Source of the DNA: Candidatus Saccharimonadales bacterium
GTDB taxonomy: Bacteria; Patescibacteriota; Saccharimonadia; Saccharimonadales; UBA4665
DNA: 55,961 nucleotides
Reading direction: 5' to 3'
NCBI GenBank assembly: GCA_038238095.1
Contig: JBBRXZ010000001.1
Coordinates: 1 to 55,961, forward strand
Shown here: in pieces, positions 45,581 to 54,840 of the stretch
How the letters are laid out: each line of letters opens with the position of its first letter
Position numbering within the stretch: the first letter of the stretch is position 1
Position numbers and translations under genes: made by a program
Notes under the pieces: generated by a model
Databases searched by the model: none
Seen by the model: the letters and a program-made list of their open reading frames with translations, nothing else
Told to the model about the DNA's origin: nothing

Positions 45581-45802
45581 TTAATTTCCGTCTTTCTGCT
45601 GTTCAGCATTTAATGGATCCTCATTACTGGTTGTTGGATCGCCTGCGTTTTCTGCTAAATCATCATCACTAGCTAGCCCGAGACCAGCATTACTGCGAAG
45701 GGCAGGTTGGTCTCTCCAAAATTTTTCAATTTCTTCTTGTGTGGTTGGCACAGAAGCACCCGGAATAACATCGGCTTTACTATCACGAAACATTTCAGTC
45801 AT
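45581..45802 (-). CDS. Hypothetical acidic 73-aa protein embedded between rplE and rpsN
   Basis: ATG overlaps the rplE stop (TGATG), GGAG 9 nt upstream, and its stop lies 2 nt before the rpsN ATG. Asp/Glu-rich and low-complexity, with no motif recognised. Confidence 0.5.
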   Translation of the reverse strand: MTEMFRDSKADVIPGASVPTTQEEIEKFWRDQPALRSNAGLGLASDDDLAENAGDPTTSNEDPLNAEQQKDGN

Positions 45803-46413
45803 CACTTATTCTCCTTTTCGAAGGGCATGCCGAACTTCGTAAGCAAAGCTCGAGCATGTTCCTTTTGATCACAATTAATTACGAATATTACCTGTAAGCC
45901 GTGGGGTGTAGTGGTTTCTTCAAAGCTGAGCTCCGGAAAGACGGACTGGTCGATAAAGCCGATGCTGTAGTTGCCCTGACGGTCAAAAGCCTTGGCGCTG
46001 ACACCGTGGAAATCACGCAGGCGCGGTAGGACAACTGTTATCAGCCGATCTGTAAATTCGTACATACGTTCGCCGCGCAGCGTTACTTTAAGACCGATCT
46101 TATTACCTTCACGCAGCTTGAAACCGGCGATGGAATTCTTGGCAGCCGTCTCTATGGGTTGCTGGCCGGTGATTTTTCGTAGCGTGTTGGTGGCTACTTC
46201 CATAATCTTCTTTTCGTCTTTGGCCCTGCCGAGACCGATGTTAATTACAATTTTTTCCAGTTTAGGTGCCTGATGCGGATTCTTGAGGCCCAGCTCCGTC
46301 ACAAGTTCCTTGGCAATCGTGGTGTTATACAAGAGGCGAAGACGCGCACCGGTATCGGTTCCCCTACTAGACTTGTCGGTCTTGGCGGGCTGAGCAGTTG
46401 CAACGTCAGACAT
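45802..46413 (-). CDS. rplE: 50S ribosomal protein L5 (about 22-aa N-terminal extension)
   Basis: PKLEKIVINIGLG, FDRQGNYSIG..DQSVFPE. Confidence 0.9.
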   Translation of the reverse strand: MSDVATAQPAKTDKSSRGTDTGARLRLLYNTTIAKELVTELGLKNPHQAPKLEKIVINIGLGRAKDEKKIMEVATNTLRKITGQQPIETAAKNSIAGFKLREGNKIGLKVTLRGERMYEFTDRLITVVLPRLRDFHGVSAKAFDRQGNYSIGFIDQSVFPELSFEETTTPHGLQVIFVINCDQKEHARALLTKFGMPFEKENK

Positions 46414-46739
46414 TACTTGATCTCCTTGCCGCTGGATTTATAAATACGGGTTTTCTTACCGTCTTTGTCAAAGCTAAAGCCGATGCGGCTGGTCTTCTTG
46501 GTGGTCGGTTCAACGATACCGACTTTACTAACCCATATCGGTTTAGTCAATTCAATAATCGCACCCTGAGGGTGTTGCTGGTTAGGTTTGACGTGCTTTT
46601 TAATTATGTTAATGCCATCGACGGTAACCTTGTTTTCGCGCGGGAAAGTAGCCGTAATTTTGCCGGTTTGACCCCTGTACTTACCAGCACGGACGATGAC
46701 CGTATCACCTTTCTTGAGTCGAATCTTATATGGTTTCAT
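46413..46739 (-). CDS. rplX: 50S ribosomal protein L24
   Basis: KKGDTVIVRAGKYRGQTGKI (KOW motif). Position between rplN and rplE. Confidence 0.9.
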   Translation of the reverse strand: MKPYKIRLKKGDTVIVRAGKYRGQTGKITATFPRENKVTVDGINIIKKHVKPNQQHPQGAIIELTKPIWVSKVGIVEPTTKKTSRIGFSFDKDGKKTRIYKSSGKEIK

Positions 46740-46741
46740 GA

Positions 46742-47110
46742 TTACAGCACCTCCGGCGCCAGCGAAATGATTTTGGCATAGCCGCGGTCCCGCAATTCGC
46801 GGGGAACGGGACCAAAAATGCGGGTGGCGCGGGGCAGTTTATCATCACCTATAATCACGGCGGCGTTATCATCAAACTTTATAGTGGAACCGTCTTTACG
46901 GCGGATCTGGTTTCGGGTACGAACCACAACCGCCCGGATAACCGACTTCTTTTTGACAGTACCGTTAGGGGTAGCCTGTTTAACCGTGGCTACAATGATG
47001 TCGCCAACACCGGCGTAGCGGCGGCGGGTACCGCCCAGTACACGGATACACAGGATCTCCTTGGCGCCGCTATTATCACAAACGGTTAAACGGGTCTCTT
47101 GCTGTATCAT
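46742..47110 (-). CDS. rplN: 50S ribosomal protein L14
   Basis: [32 protein letters not shown]-like IKFDDNAAV. Confidence 0.95.
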   Translation of the reverse strand: MIQQETRLTVCDNSGAKEILCIRVLGGTRRRYAGVGDIIVATVKQATPNGTVKKKSVIRAVVVRTRNQIRRKDGSTIKFDDNAAVIIGDDKLPRATRIFGPVPRELRDRGYAKIISLAPEVL

Positions 47111-47472
47111 GAAGCCGCCTCATCTGTACTTTCTACATCATTCTCTATATCTTTTAACTCTTTTGCCTTGGCTTTGGTGGCCGGTTTTTCGGGTTCATCT
47201 GCCTTAGTTATAGCCAGTGAATCAGCCCTTAGGACCGGCTTTTCAATAATACGATCCAAGCGATGGTGTTTGCGGGCACTTATAGGCCGCGCTTCGACTA
47301 TGGCGACTTTATCGCCAGGCTGAGCTTCATTTTTTTCATCATGCGCCATAAACTTTTTACTTACTGTATATTGTTTACGGTACAAAGGATGGGTCTTGCG
47401 TGTCTGGACCGTCACGACGATGGTTTTATCGCCTTTACTGGAAGACACAACTCCTACAATTTGCTTCGCCAT
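47107..47472 (-). CDS. rpsQ: 30S ribosomal protein S17 (acidic C-terminal extension)
   Basis: [27 protein letters not shown]....[10 protein letters not shown]....GD.V.I.E.RP.S. Confidence 0.9.
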   Translation of the reverse strand: MAKQIVGVVSSSKGDKTIVVTVQTRKTHPLYRKQYTVSKKFMAHDEKNEAQPGDKVAIVEARPISARKHHRLDRIIEKPVLRADSLAITKADEPEKPATKAKAKELKDIENDVESTDEAAS

Positions 47473-47474
47473 TG

Positions 47475-47675
47475 TTACGTAGTCTCCTTTATTAGGGCTT
47501 CACCAAGTACTGTTAGCATGCGGGCCAGGTCTTTACGTTTGCCCCTGATAATCCGGTTATTCTGGATTTCACCCAGGTACAAACGGCGCTTCAGCTGGAC
47601 GATTTCCTCACGCAACTTAGTACTCTCGGCAGTTAATTCAGCAGTCGATAGTTTGCGGATTTCAACGACCTGCAT
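47475..47675 (-). CDS. rpmC: 50S ribosomal protein L29
   Basis: 66 aa; EIRKLSTAELTAESTKLREEIVQLK. Position between rplP and rpsQ. Confidence 0.85.
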   Translation of the reverse strand: MQVVEIRKLSTAELTAESTKLREEIVQLKRRLYLGEIQNNRIIRGKRKDLARMLTVLGEALIKETT

Positions 47676-47679
47676 AGCC

Positions 47680-48093
47680 TTAGACCTCCTCCTTGGTCAG
47701 AAATCTGGTCTTGATCGGTAGTTTGTGAGCAGCCAGGCGCATCGCCTCGCGTGCCACTTCTTCGCTAACACCCTGCATTTCAAATAAAATAGTACCGGGA
47801 CGGACTTTAGCAACAAAGAATTCCGGGTTGCCTTTACCGCTACCCATTTTTACGTCCTGCGGCTTGCGGGTAACTGCAATATGCGGAAAAATTCGGATCC
47901 AGATCTTACCGCCGCGTTTGATATAACGGGTCATGGCCTGGCGGGCAGCCTCGATCTGCCTGGAGGTAATACGCTCCTGGCCTTGGGCCTGCAACGCATA
48001 GTCACCAAAAGCAATATAGTGGCCGCTGGTGGCCACACCGCGAATCCGGCCTTTACGCACCTTGCGGTGCTTGGTACGCTTTGGCATCAACAT
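47680..48093 (-). CDS. rplP: 50S ribosomal protein L16
   Basis: [11 protein letters not shown]...[11 protein letters not shown]....T.KP...RMG.GKG. Confidence 0.95.
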   Translation of the reverse strand: MLMPKRTKHRKVRKGRIRGVATSGHYIAFGDYALQAQGQERITSRQIEAARQAMTRYIKRGGKIWIRIFPHIAVTRKPQDVKMGSGKGNPEFFVAKVRPGTILFEMQGVSEEVAREAMRLAAHKLPIKTRFLTKEEV

Positions 48094-48725
48094 TATTGTT
48101 GTACCTCGCCTTTATAGATCCAGACTTTAACGCCGATTATACCGGCAACGGTTTGGGCGTTGACCTGGGCGTAATCAATATCGGCCCTTAGTGTATGGAG
48201 CGGCACGCTGCCTAAGACTTCTTTTTCGCGGCGGGACATTTCAGCGCCGTTGAGACGGCCGGCAACTTCTATACGGACACCCTTGGCACCGGCCCGCATA
48301 GTAGCGGCAGCGGTAGACTTAATGGCGCGTCGGAAGCTCATGCGGCGTTCTAACTGATGCGCAATATTCTCGGCAACTAATTTGGCATGCATATCGGGCT
48401 TTTTGACTTCATCAATATTCACCCGGACCGGGACACCGTAGATCTTCTCTATTTGGGCTTTAAGTTCGGTGGCACCGACGCCGCCACGGCCAATAACCAC
48501 GCCGGCTTTGGCGGTGGCGATAGTCACCGTTACAAGGTTTGGCGTACGGGTAATTTCAACTTTATTGATAGAAGCGCGGCTGCCAAGCTTATTGATGATT
48601 AAACGACGGACTGCCAAATCATCTTTAAGAAATTTAGCGTAATCGCGCTTATCGACAAACCACTTGCTGGCCCAGTCTTTATTGACCTGGAGCCGCATGG
48701 AAATCGGATTTACTTTTTGTCCCAT
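48093..48725 (-). CDS. rpsC: 30S ribosomal protein S3
   Basis: [14 protein letters not shown]-domain [19 protein letters not shown]....[12 protein letters not shown]. Confidence 0.95.
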   Translation of the reverse strand: MGQKVNPISMRLQVNKDWASKWFVDKRDYAKFLKDDLAVRRLIINKLGSRASINKVEITRTPNLVTVTIATAKAGVVIGRGGVGATELKAQIEKIYGVPVRVNIDEVKKPDMHAKLVAENIAHQLERRMSFRRAIKSTAAATMRAGAKGVRIEVAGRLNGAEMSRREKEVLGSVPLHTLRADIDYAQVNAQTVAGIIGVKVWIYKGEVQQ

Positions 48726-49111
48726 TATATTTTCTCCCCGGTCTTGATAGCGGCTTTAGCCGGTTTCTTGACTTCGCGGATTTCGCCGTCAACAACGACG
48801 CGGATGTGCGAAGTTTTGCGCTGGAATGGCAGGGCACGGCCATGGGCGGCCGGACGGTAACGCTTTAAACGCGGGCCTGGCGTAACACTGATCTCGGTAA
48901 TCTGTAAAGTTGCCGGCTTGTAGCCATGGTTGTGGTCAGCATTGGCCCGGGCGCTGGCAATGACCTTTTGGACCGGCACAGCGGAACGGCGAGGTACATG
49001 ACTCAAGATGGTCAGAGCGTCCTGAACGCTGTGGCCACGCACCAGGGCAGCTACCACGGCTATTTTTCGTGGGCTCATCCGGACTCCTTTAGCGACTGCT
49101 TTGACTGCCAT
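48725..49111 (-). CDS. rplV: 50S ribosomal protein L22
   Basis: VRMSPRKIAVVAALVRG..V..AL.IL, GPRLKRYRPAAHGRA....K.TSHI. Confidence 0.9.
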   Translation of the reverse strand: MAVKAVAKGVRMSPRKIAVVAALVRGHSVQDALTILSHVPRRSAVPVQKVIASARANADHNHGYKPATLQITEISVTPGPRLKRYRPAAHGRALPFQRKTSHIRVVVDGEIREVKKPAKAAIKTGEKI

Positions 49112-49120
49112 ATTAATTTC

Positions 49121-49393
49121 CTATTTTCCTTTCGCTAACTTTCCACCATGAGTGCGGAACTTACGAGTAGGCGCGAACTCACCAAGCTTATGGCCAACCA
49201 TATTCTCCGACACAAACACCGGAACGTGGACTTTGCCATTATGAACAGCGATAGTCTTACCAACAAACTCCGGAGGAATGGTGCTAGCCCGCGCCCAGGT
49301 CTTAATAATCGTCCGATCATTATCACCCAGCGCCTCCACCTTCTTAGCCAACTTAAAATCAATGAACGGCCCCTTTTTAAGTGAACGACTCAT
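49121..49393 (-). CDS. rpsS: 30S ribosomal protein S19
   Basis: [55 protein letters not shown]. Start set to ATG 49393; the tracked extension overlaps rplB. Confidence 0.9.
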   Translation of the reverse strand: MSRSLKKGPFIDFKLAKKVEALGDNDRTIIKTWARASTIPPEFVGKTIAVHNGKVHVPVFVSENMVGHKLGEFAPTRKFRTHGGKLAKGK

Positions 49394-49404
49394 GACATAC
49401 TTCC

Positions 49405-50241
49405 TTATTTCCTCTTGGCCGAGTGGCGGCTTCTTACTATAAATTGGGTGGTGTTCTTGCGGCGTCGGGTTTTGTAGCCCAGGGTTTTCTGGCCCCATGG
49501 CGTCTTTGGCGCCGAACCTATACCGTGGCGGCCGCCGTCACCACCGCCGTGGGGGTGATCGGCCGCGTTCATGACAACGCCGCGAACCGATGGACGCTTG
49601 CCTAAGTGACGGTTGCGGCCGGCTTTACCAATTTTGACGTTTTGATGCTGCTCATTGCCGATAACGCCAAGTGAAGCGGTGCAATTCTCGTGGATCAAAC
49701 GGACTTCGCCGCTGGGCAAACGCACCTGGGCGTAGCCATCGTCTCGGCCCATCAGCTGGGCGCTGTTGCCGGCGCTACGTACCATCTGGGCACCACCGCC
49801 GACTTTCATTTCGATAGCATGAATAGTGCTACCAATGGGAATATTCTTGATCTGTAAACGGTTGCCTGTTTCGATAGGTGCGCCTTCGCCGCTGGTTATA
49901 GTCTGGCCTACCTTCATACCCTGGGCGGCCAGGATGTAATGATAAGTACCGTTCGACTCTTTGATGCGGGCAATCCGGGCACTGCGGTTGGGATCATATT
50001 CGATGTGTTCGATGGTAGCTGTGATACCTTCGGCCAGTTTGAAGTTAACCAGTCGGTAAAACTTCTTGGTGCCGCCGCCCTGGTGCCGGGTAGTAATGCG
50101 GCCCTGGTTGTTCCGGCCATTGCCGCGCCTTTTTGCCACAAGCAAAGAGCGCAAGGGTTTCTTGGTAGTAATGCCATCAAAGTCCTGGCTGGTCATACCG
50201 CGGCGGCCTGGAGTAGTTGGATTGTACTGCTTAATAGCCAT
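49405..50241 (-). CDS. rplB: 50S ribosomal protein L2
   Basis: [41 protein letters not shown]. Confidence 0.95.
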   Translation of the reverse strand: MAIKQYNPTTPGRRGMTSQDFDGITTKKPLRSLLVAKRRGNGRNNQGRITTRHQGGGTKKFYRLVNFKLAEGITATIEHIEYDPNRSARIARIKESNGTYHYILAAQGMKVGQTITSGEGAPIETGNRLQIKNIPIGSTIHAIEMKVGGGAQMVRSAGNSAQLMGRDDGYAQVRLPSGEVRLIHENCTASLGVIGNEQHQNVKIGKAGRNRHLGKRPSVRGVVMNAADHPHGGGDGGRHGIGSAPKTPWGQKTLGYKTRRRKNTTQFIVRSRHSAKRK

Positions 50242-50819
50242 TATTTATCCTCTTCCGGTTGTTTCCGGATCCTTTTCGTCAATCGCCATCCACGCCAGGC
50301 TTTAGGTGCTTCCGGCTTAGTCTCTTCTTTTACAGGCTTTTCGATGACAAGCTTTTCTTTGACGGTTTCTTTTTTAGCAGGCTTAGCGGCAGCCTTCGGG
50401 GCTTCGATTGTTTTATTGTCTGTCTTTTTCTCGGTCTTGGCAGTTTTGGCGGCTTGTTTAGCGGCAACTTTGTCAACCTTTTCCTGGGTAGCCTGTTCTT
50501 TCTGTTCTTCTTCCTCTATGGCATTAAAGAACGGCAATCCTTGGCCTTCAGCCAAAGTGACATAAGCCTTCTTAATATCATTTCGGCTGCCTTCGGCGTT
50601 TTTCATACGCTTGCCTGTCATACTAATAATGCGCTTAGCTTTTCCGGTGATATTTGTGGTATTTACTGCAGTGACTCTAACTTCAAACTGGGCTTCAACG
50701 GCGCGCGCAATGCTATGCTTGTTAACGCTGCGTTCCACATCAAAGACGTAAACACGGCTTTCCGCCAGACCATAAGTCTTCTCATTTAGCCGGGGTCGAA
50801 GAATAATTGTTTTAGACAT
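50241..50819 (-). CDS. rplW: 50S ribosomal protein L23 with an approximately 95-aa Lys/Ala/Glu-rich C-terminal extension
   Basis: The N-terminal 98 aa match the L23 pattern (ILRPRLNEKT..., V.AVNT....GK.KR, KKAYVTLAEG). The remainder is low-complexity KAAAKPAKKE-type sequence. Confidence 0.85.
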   Translation of the reverse strand: MSKTIILRPRLNEKTYGLAESRVYVFDVERSVNKHSIARAVEAQFEVRVTAVNTTNITGKAKRIISMTGKRMKNAEGSRNDIKKAYVTLAEGQGLPFFNAIEEEEQKEQATQEKVDKVAAKQAAKTAKTEKKTDNKTIEAPKAAAKPAKKETVKEKLVIEKPVKEETKPEAPKAWRGWRLTKRIRKQPEEDK

Positions 50820-51460
50820 TACTTAGCTTCCTTACTAAGCCAGGCTGTGGTTGAATTGAGAGCGGTCTGGTTAAAAACGATACTATCGGCATTTAGCACG
50901 TCAAATACGTTAACGTACTGGGCGCTGACTAGCTTAATGCCCGGAATATTGCGGCTGGCACGAATAAGTTCCGGCGCCTTTTGCTCCAGCACGATCAAAG
51001 TGCTACGGCCCACTTCAAGCTTAGCCAGCAATTTACTCAGTTCAGCGGTCTTACCGTCTTTAGAAATGATGTCTTCGATAATAATAAGCTTGCCGGCCTC
51101 GTTGGCCAGGCTTAGAGCCTGACGGATGGCCAGTCGTTTGGCCTTAATATTCATTTGTTTAGAGTAGTTCTCCTGGCCGGTTGGACCAAAAGTAATGCCG
51201 CCACCACGCCAAATTGGAACCCGTGAAGAGCCGAAACGGGCCCGGCCCGTGCCCTTTTGCTTCCAGGGCTTCTTACCGCCGCCCCGGACCAGACCCCGGG
51301 TTTTTGTAACAGCCGAATTTTTGCGGCCACTGGCCAGATACAGGTTGTAAGCATTTTTAAGAAGTTCATGATTACCGGGCGATACGTCAAAGACGGCTTT
51401 GTCCAGCTTAACCGGCGCCGTGGCTTTAGTACCACTCTTAGTATAGGTAGGAGTAGCCAT
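50819..51460 (-). CDS. rplD: 50S ribosomal protein L4
   Basis: KTRGLVRGGGKKPWKQKGTGRAR.GS.R.P.WRGGG..FGP. Confidence 0.95.
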   Translation of the reverse strand: MATPTYTKSGTKATAPVKLDKAVFDVSPGNHELLKNAYNLYLASGRKNSAVTKTRGLVRGGGKKPWKQKGTGRARFGSSRVPIWRGGGITFGPTGQENYSKQMNIKAKRLAIRQALSLANEAGKLIIIEDIISKDGKTAELSKLLAKLEVGRSTLIVLEQKAPELIRASRNIPGIKLVSAQYVNVFDVLNADSIVFNQTALNSTTAWLSKEAK

Positions 51461-52074
51461 TATTCAGCACCTTTCACGAGGAGAATACCTTTTTTAGGCC
51501 CGGGCACTGCACCGGTGATGCCAATGACACCCATTTCGATGTCAATTAGTGCAACTTTCAGGTTCCGAACAGTGATTTGATCATGGCCCAACTGACCGGC
51601 CATACGTGTGCCTTTAAAGATATGCTGGGGATACATTGAGCCGATAGAGCCTGCCTTGCGGGTGTTGCCCTTGCCGCCATGAGTTTTACGCTGACGATGA
51701 AAATTGTGGCGGCGAATGGTGCCGGCCCAGCCTTTGCCTTTAGTGATGCCGGTGACATGCACTGTATCGCCTATATTAAAAACGTCGGCGCTGATTTTGG
51801 CGCCGACGCTGTGTTCCTCTGGGATTTCATTAAGACGGAATTCGCGAATAATCTTTGGCATCACCTTGGCCGCCTTTACATGACCAGCCACGCTCTTACT
51901 CAGCTTTTTGGCAACTTCCGTACCCACCTGGACCGCCGTATAGCCATCTTTTTCAATGGTCTTATGGTGCAATACAGTATGCTCGCCCACAGCCAGCAAG
52001 GTAATAGCCTGCACAGCGCCATCTTCTGTTATGGTGCTGGTCATACCGACTTTTCGGGTAATTAGGGCTTTCAT
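51460..52074 (-). CDS. rplC: 50S ribosomal protein L3
   Basis: GMTS....DG...ITLL, VTGITKGKGWAGTIRRHNF......HG....R..GSIG. Confidence 0.95.
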   Translation of the reverse strand: MKALITRKVGMTSTITEDGAVQAITLLAVGEHTVLHHKTIEKDGYTAVQVGTEVAKKLSKSVAGHVKAAKVMPKIIREFRLNEIPEEHSVGAKISADVFNIGDTVHVTGITKGKGWAGTIRRHNFHRQRKTHGGKGNTRKAGSIGSMYPQHIFKGTRMAGQLGHDQITVRNLKVALIDIEMGVIGITGAVPGPKKGILLVKGAE

Positions 52075-52194
52075 AAATTACTTTCCGTATCCACGGTGAC
52101 ATAAAAACACTTGGCTGCGAGTGGTTTCTACCTCTGTTATTGGCAGACCTACGTACGCTAACCAAGTCCAAGTCTTTCCGATATACCATACTAG

Positions 52195-52222
52195 AGTATC
52201 ACGCCGGAATTACCCCTGTCAA
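52195..52222 (-). promoter_or_regulatory. Candidate promoter TTGACA-16 nt-GATACT about 115 nt upstream of rplC
   Basis: Minus strand: TTGACAggggtaattccggcgtGATACT, spacer counted by hand. Confidence 0.35.
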
Positions 52223-52283
52223 GCTGTTGCAAATTATACACTCAAGCAGTCATATAACAATAGACTGATTTCTCTCCTAAATC

Positions 52284-52676
52284 TTATGGCTCGCCGTTTC
52301 GGCGGATATCTTCAGCAATTTTTTCAGCCGCCTTTTTGGCCTCCGGAGCGACTTGTTTAGCATCACTCTTATTTTTAGCAAGAGTCTCTTTAGTATTAGC
52401 TTTGAGTCTGCTCATATTGTTTTTTAGGCTGGCTTTGGTCCGGGTAGTAGTAGCCGAGCTTTGGTCTGCGGCCTTGCCGGCGGTTTCACTTAGCTCATCA
52501 GCTGCCTGCTTGGTACGATTTTTTAGCATATCTGCGCGCCGCTTCAGGTCACTTCTTGCCTGATCCCCTGTCTTAGGCGTAAACATCATGGCCATAAAGG
52601 CTCCGACTGACGCGGCCAGCGCTACCACACCTAATACTTGACCTGGATATTCTTTAATTGAATGTGAATGCGACAT
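52284..52676 (-). CDS. YtxH-domain-like small membrane-anchored protein
   Basis: N-terminal hydrophobic helix followed by FTPKTGDQARSDLKRR (compare the YtxH APKSGKETR motif), then a Lys/Ala-rich helical tail. AAGAGGAG RBS 8 nt upstream. Confidence 0.55.
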   Translation of the reverse strand: MSHSHSIKEYPGQVLGVVALAASVGAFMAMMFTPKTGDQARSDLKRRADMLKNRTKQAADELSETAGKAADQSSATTTRTKASLKNNMSRLKANTKETLAKNKSDAKQVAPEAKKAAEKIAEDIRRNGEP

Positions 52677-52772
52677 AATGGTAAAACTCCTCTTATTAAA
52701 TTAAATAACCACCTTTAAATACTAGAGAAGTTTAGAGCAAGTGTATATGAAATAGCTTACATTCGCGTAAAG

Positions 52773-54758
52773 CTAGCTTAAATCTTCCTTTTGACTTGAA
52801 TGCTTTTTAACTGAATTTTGGATAATCTTTTCAGTAACACGCTTTATTACTCTACGGTTTTTCCTTTGTTCGACCAAATTCCGTGTATTGGCATTATCGT
52901 GCAACATAATATCCACAATCTCGCTAAGATTAAACTTAGCTGTTCTCTGTTTTCTTTTAAGACCCATATTTGCCTCGCTTGCATCTTTGTTTGAAGAAGA
53001 TGAGAAAACATTGAAGACAGACTGAATCTGGTTACGTGAATAACTATGCTCGGGACTAAAATGTTCTAAAAATGTATCAACAATTTCTTGGGTCTTTTCA
53101 GCTAACTGATCTATTCGTTGGCGCTTCTTTAGATTAGTACGGCGTTCTTGTGTTATCTCCTCGCTTCTGTCATCTTCATGTGTTTCATTTGCCTCGGATA
53201 GCTCTTGCGAAAATTCAGGAGAAACTCCCTCTTGAGTAGGTGGATAAACACTTGACGTGAGATCGTCGCTCGGCTCGGCATCTTCAGGCAACTTTATTAG
53301 CCAGCCTTCTTTTGTAGAGATAGGCCATATGACCTCTCCAAACTGGTCAACCAGCACTTGGTCGATATGTTCTGGTATTCCCTTGAAAAGGGTAACATTC
53401 ATTTCCCACCTGGAACGTATAAGGCGATTCATGAACTGCCTCTTTGTAGGGTCTTCAAACTGTCTATAAATATATTCTACGAAGCCTACCTCTGGATTTT
53501 CTTTATCTAAGCAGTCTATCAGATCCAAGATTCGATCTTCATTCTCAAAAACAGCGTGAATTTCGCGCAATGATCGCTCCCGATAGTCCAGTTTCTCGTA
53601 GTCGCTCTTCAATCCGGATAAGTCTGGTTTGTATACTTCCATACTGTCAAGCATCTCATGGCTTACTTCGGGTTTATTGTAGGCTCGCAGAACACCATTT
53701 AGTGAAGACAATTTCAATCCGACTAGGTAGAGGCTGCTAAGCTTTACGCCAGCAATTTGGGCTTCTGCTTGAGTTTGTTCCGTAACCTCTGCTACGTGTT
53801 CATCAAGATCCAGACGAGATGAACCTGGCGGTAGTTCAATCCGTTCCTTTTTGCTTCTGGGGATATGCACCTCCAGCTCGAAGCCTGGGGCAACAGAATA
53901 TCGCGAAGCGTTACCTGTTTTTTGGTTAGTAATAATCAATGGTTGTCGTCTAAAGCTTATACCCGTTAACCATTTTCGTATACTGGTCATCGCATTTCTA
54001 TCGAATGGCTTATGATCGCCATGGATAGCTGTCCATATTTGGTGTGGAGAAAGGCTTCGATTCTGGCTTTCAGCAATAAAGATCAAGGCGCTGCGTCTCT
54101 CTTCAGAGTAATCGTGATGGCTATCGCTAGAGCGTTTGGAGTAAGGGAATATTTTACCTTCCCGACCTACCCGTACTGCTTTGTCGCGAAAAGTCAGGGT
54201 AACTGACTGGACTAAGGTTTCGCCTGCTTCCGGCTCTTCAATTACTAACTTTTTTGGCTTAGCCTCGCCCCCCCCCTTACGGACAGGCGCTTTTGGCTCA
54301 GTAGGCTCAGCGCTTGTTAGAGTGGGCAGTTCAATGGCGCGCTTGACCGCCAATTTTCCACTTTGCGCTAACAAAGATAAAAATGACTGAGCTTCTGCGG
54401 TCACAGCACCATACCGCTCATAAAAGGTCGCCACACGCTCCAATCGGCCTTGCAAGCTTTCTTCCGTATCTTTCAATTCCTCTGCCGACAAAATAGTTCT
54501 TAGAGGTTCTAGCTGATCGAGGCCTCGAACTGCCGATTGCCCAATCTTAGCCAACTCGATTTGCAAATCTGTTGATCCGGCCACTTCTGCTTTTTGTTCA
54601 GCCACTCGCTCTAATGCCCGCTCATAACTAGGCCTAAGCTGGGGAACAAAATCATCACTTTGTAGCTGGACTACCAGCACAGCTTCCTGACCCTCTAGCT
54701 GGGTTAAACGTTGGTATGCTGGCAAGGACTCAAAAGGGTCTGCCTCAAAACTACTCAT
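52773..54758 (-). CDS. Hypothetical 661-aa protein, no recognisable domain (orphan) inside the S10 operon
   Basis: Uninterrupted 1986-nt ORF on the same strand as the ribosomal genes. More AT-rich than its neighbours by spot count and has its own promoter-like sequence. Confidence 0.55.
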   Translation of the reverse strand: MSSFEADPFESLPAYQRLTQLEGQEAVLVVQLQSDDFVPQLRPSYERALERVAEQKAEVAGSTDLQIELAKIGQSAVRGLDQLEPLRTILSAEELKDTEESLQGRLERVATFYERYGAVTAEAQSFLSLLAQSGKLAVKRAIELPTLTSAEPTEPKAPVRKGGGEAKPKKLVIEEPEAGETLVQSVTLTFRDKAVRVGREGKIFPYSKRSSDSHHDYSEERRSALIFIAESQNRSLSPHQIWTAIHGDHKPFDRNAMTSIRKWLTGISFRRQPLIITNQKTGNASRYSVAPGFELEVHIPRSKKERIELPPGSSRLDLDEHVAEVTEQTQAEAQIAGVKLSSLYLVGLKLSSLNGVLRAYNKPEVSHEMLDSMEVYKPDLSGLKSDYEKLDYRERSLREIHAVFENEDRILDLIDCLDKENPEVGFVEYIYRQFEDPTKRQFMNRLIRSRWEMNVTLFKGIPEHIDQVLVDQFGEVIWPISTKEGWLIKLPEDAEPSDDLTSSVYPPTQEGVSPEFSQELSEANETHEDDRSEEITQERRTNLKKRQRIDQLAEKTQEIVDTFLEHFSPEHSYSRNQIQSVFNVFSSSSNKDASEANMGLKRKQRTAKFNLSEIVDIMLHDNANTRNLVEQRKNRRVIKRVTEKIIQNSVKKHSSQKEDLS

Positions 54759-54770
54759 AATTAAGTTTAG

Positions 54771-54799
54771 AGTATACCTCTTAGTAGAATAATTTGCAA
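54771..54799 (-). promoter_or_regulatory. Sigma70-like promoter TTGCAA-17 nt-TATACT; the -10 ends 12 nt before the 661-aa ORF ATG
   Basis: Minus strand: TTGCAAattattctactaagaggTATACTctaaacttaattATG. Confidence 0.4.
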
Positions 54800-54840
54800 C
54801 TTTATTTGATTATTTATTGGGGCTAACACTTTATTTGATT
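54799..54840. repeat. Two exact 13-nt direct repeats ACTTTATTTGATT (54799..54811 and 54828..54840), start-to-start 29 bp
   Basis: Read directly. Copy 1 abuts the candidate -35 element. Confidence 0.7.

Noticed and set aside
49939-50789. Long plus-strand ORFs (208 aa, 176 aa, 79 aa) antisense to rplB and rplW. Similar ORFs lie antisense to rpsI, rpsK, rpsM, rpsE, rplC and rplD.
   Set aside because: These are shadow ORFs on the opposite strand of strongly recognisable ribosomal genes. Their compositions are low-complexity or biased, with no motifs and no RBS.
52188-52199. ATACTAGAGTAT near-palindrome overlapping the candidate rplC promoter -10, resembling the TrpR-type site at 35392..35410
   Set aside because: It has only one CTAG core, so the CTAG-N4-CTAG geometry is missing. 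A Trp repressor site in front of ribosomal genes has no clear rationale, so this is probably chance.
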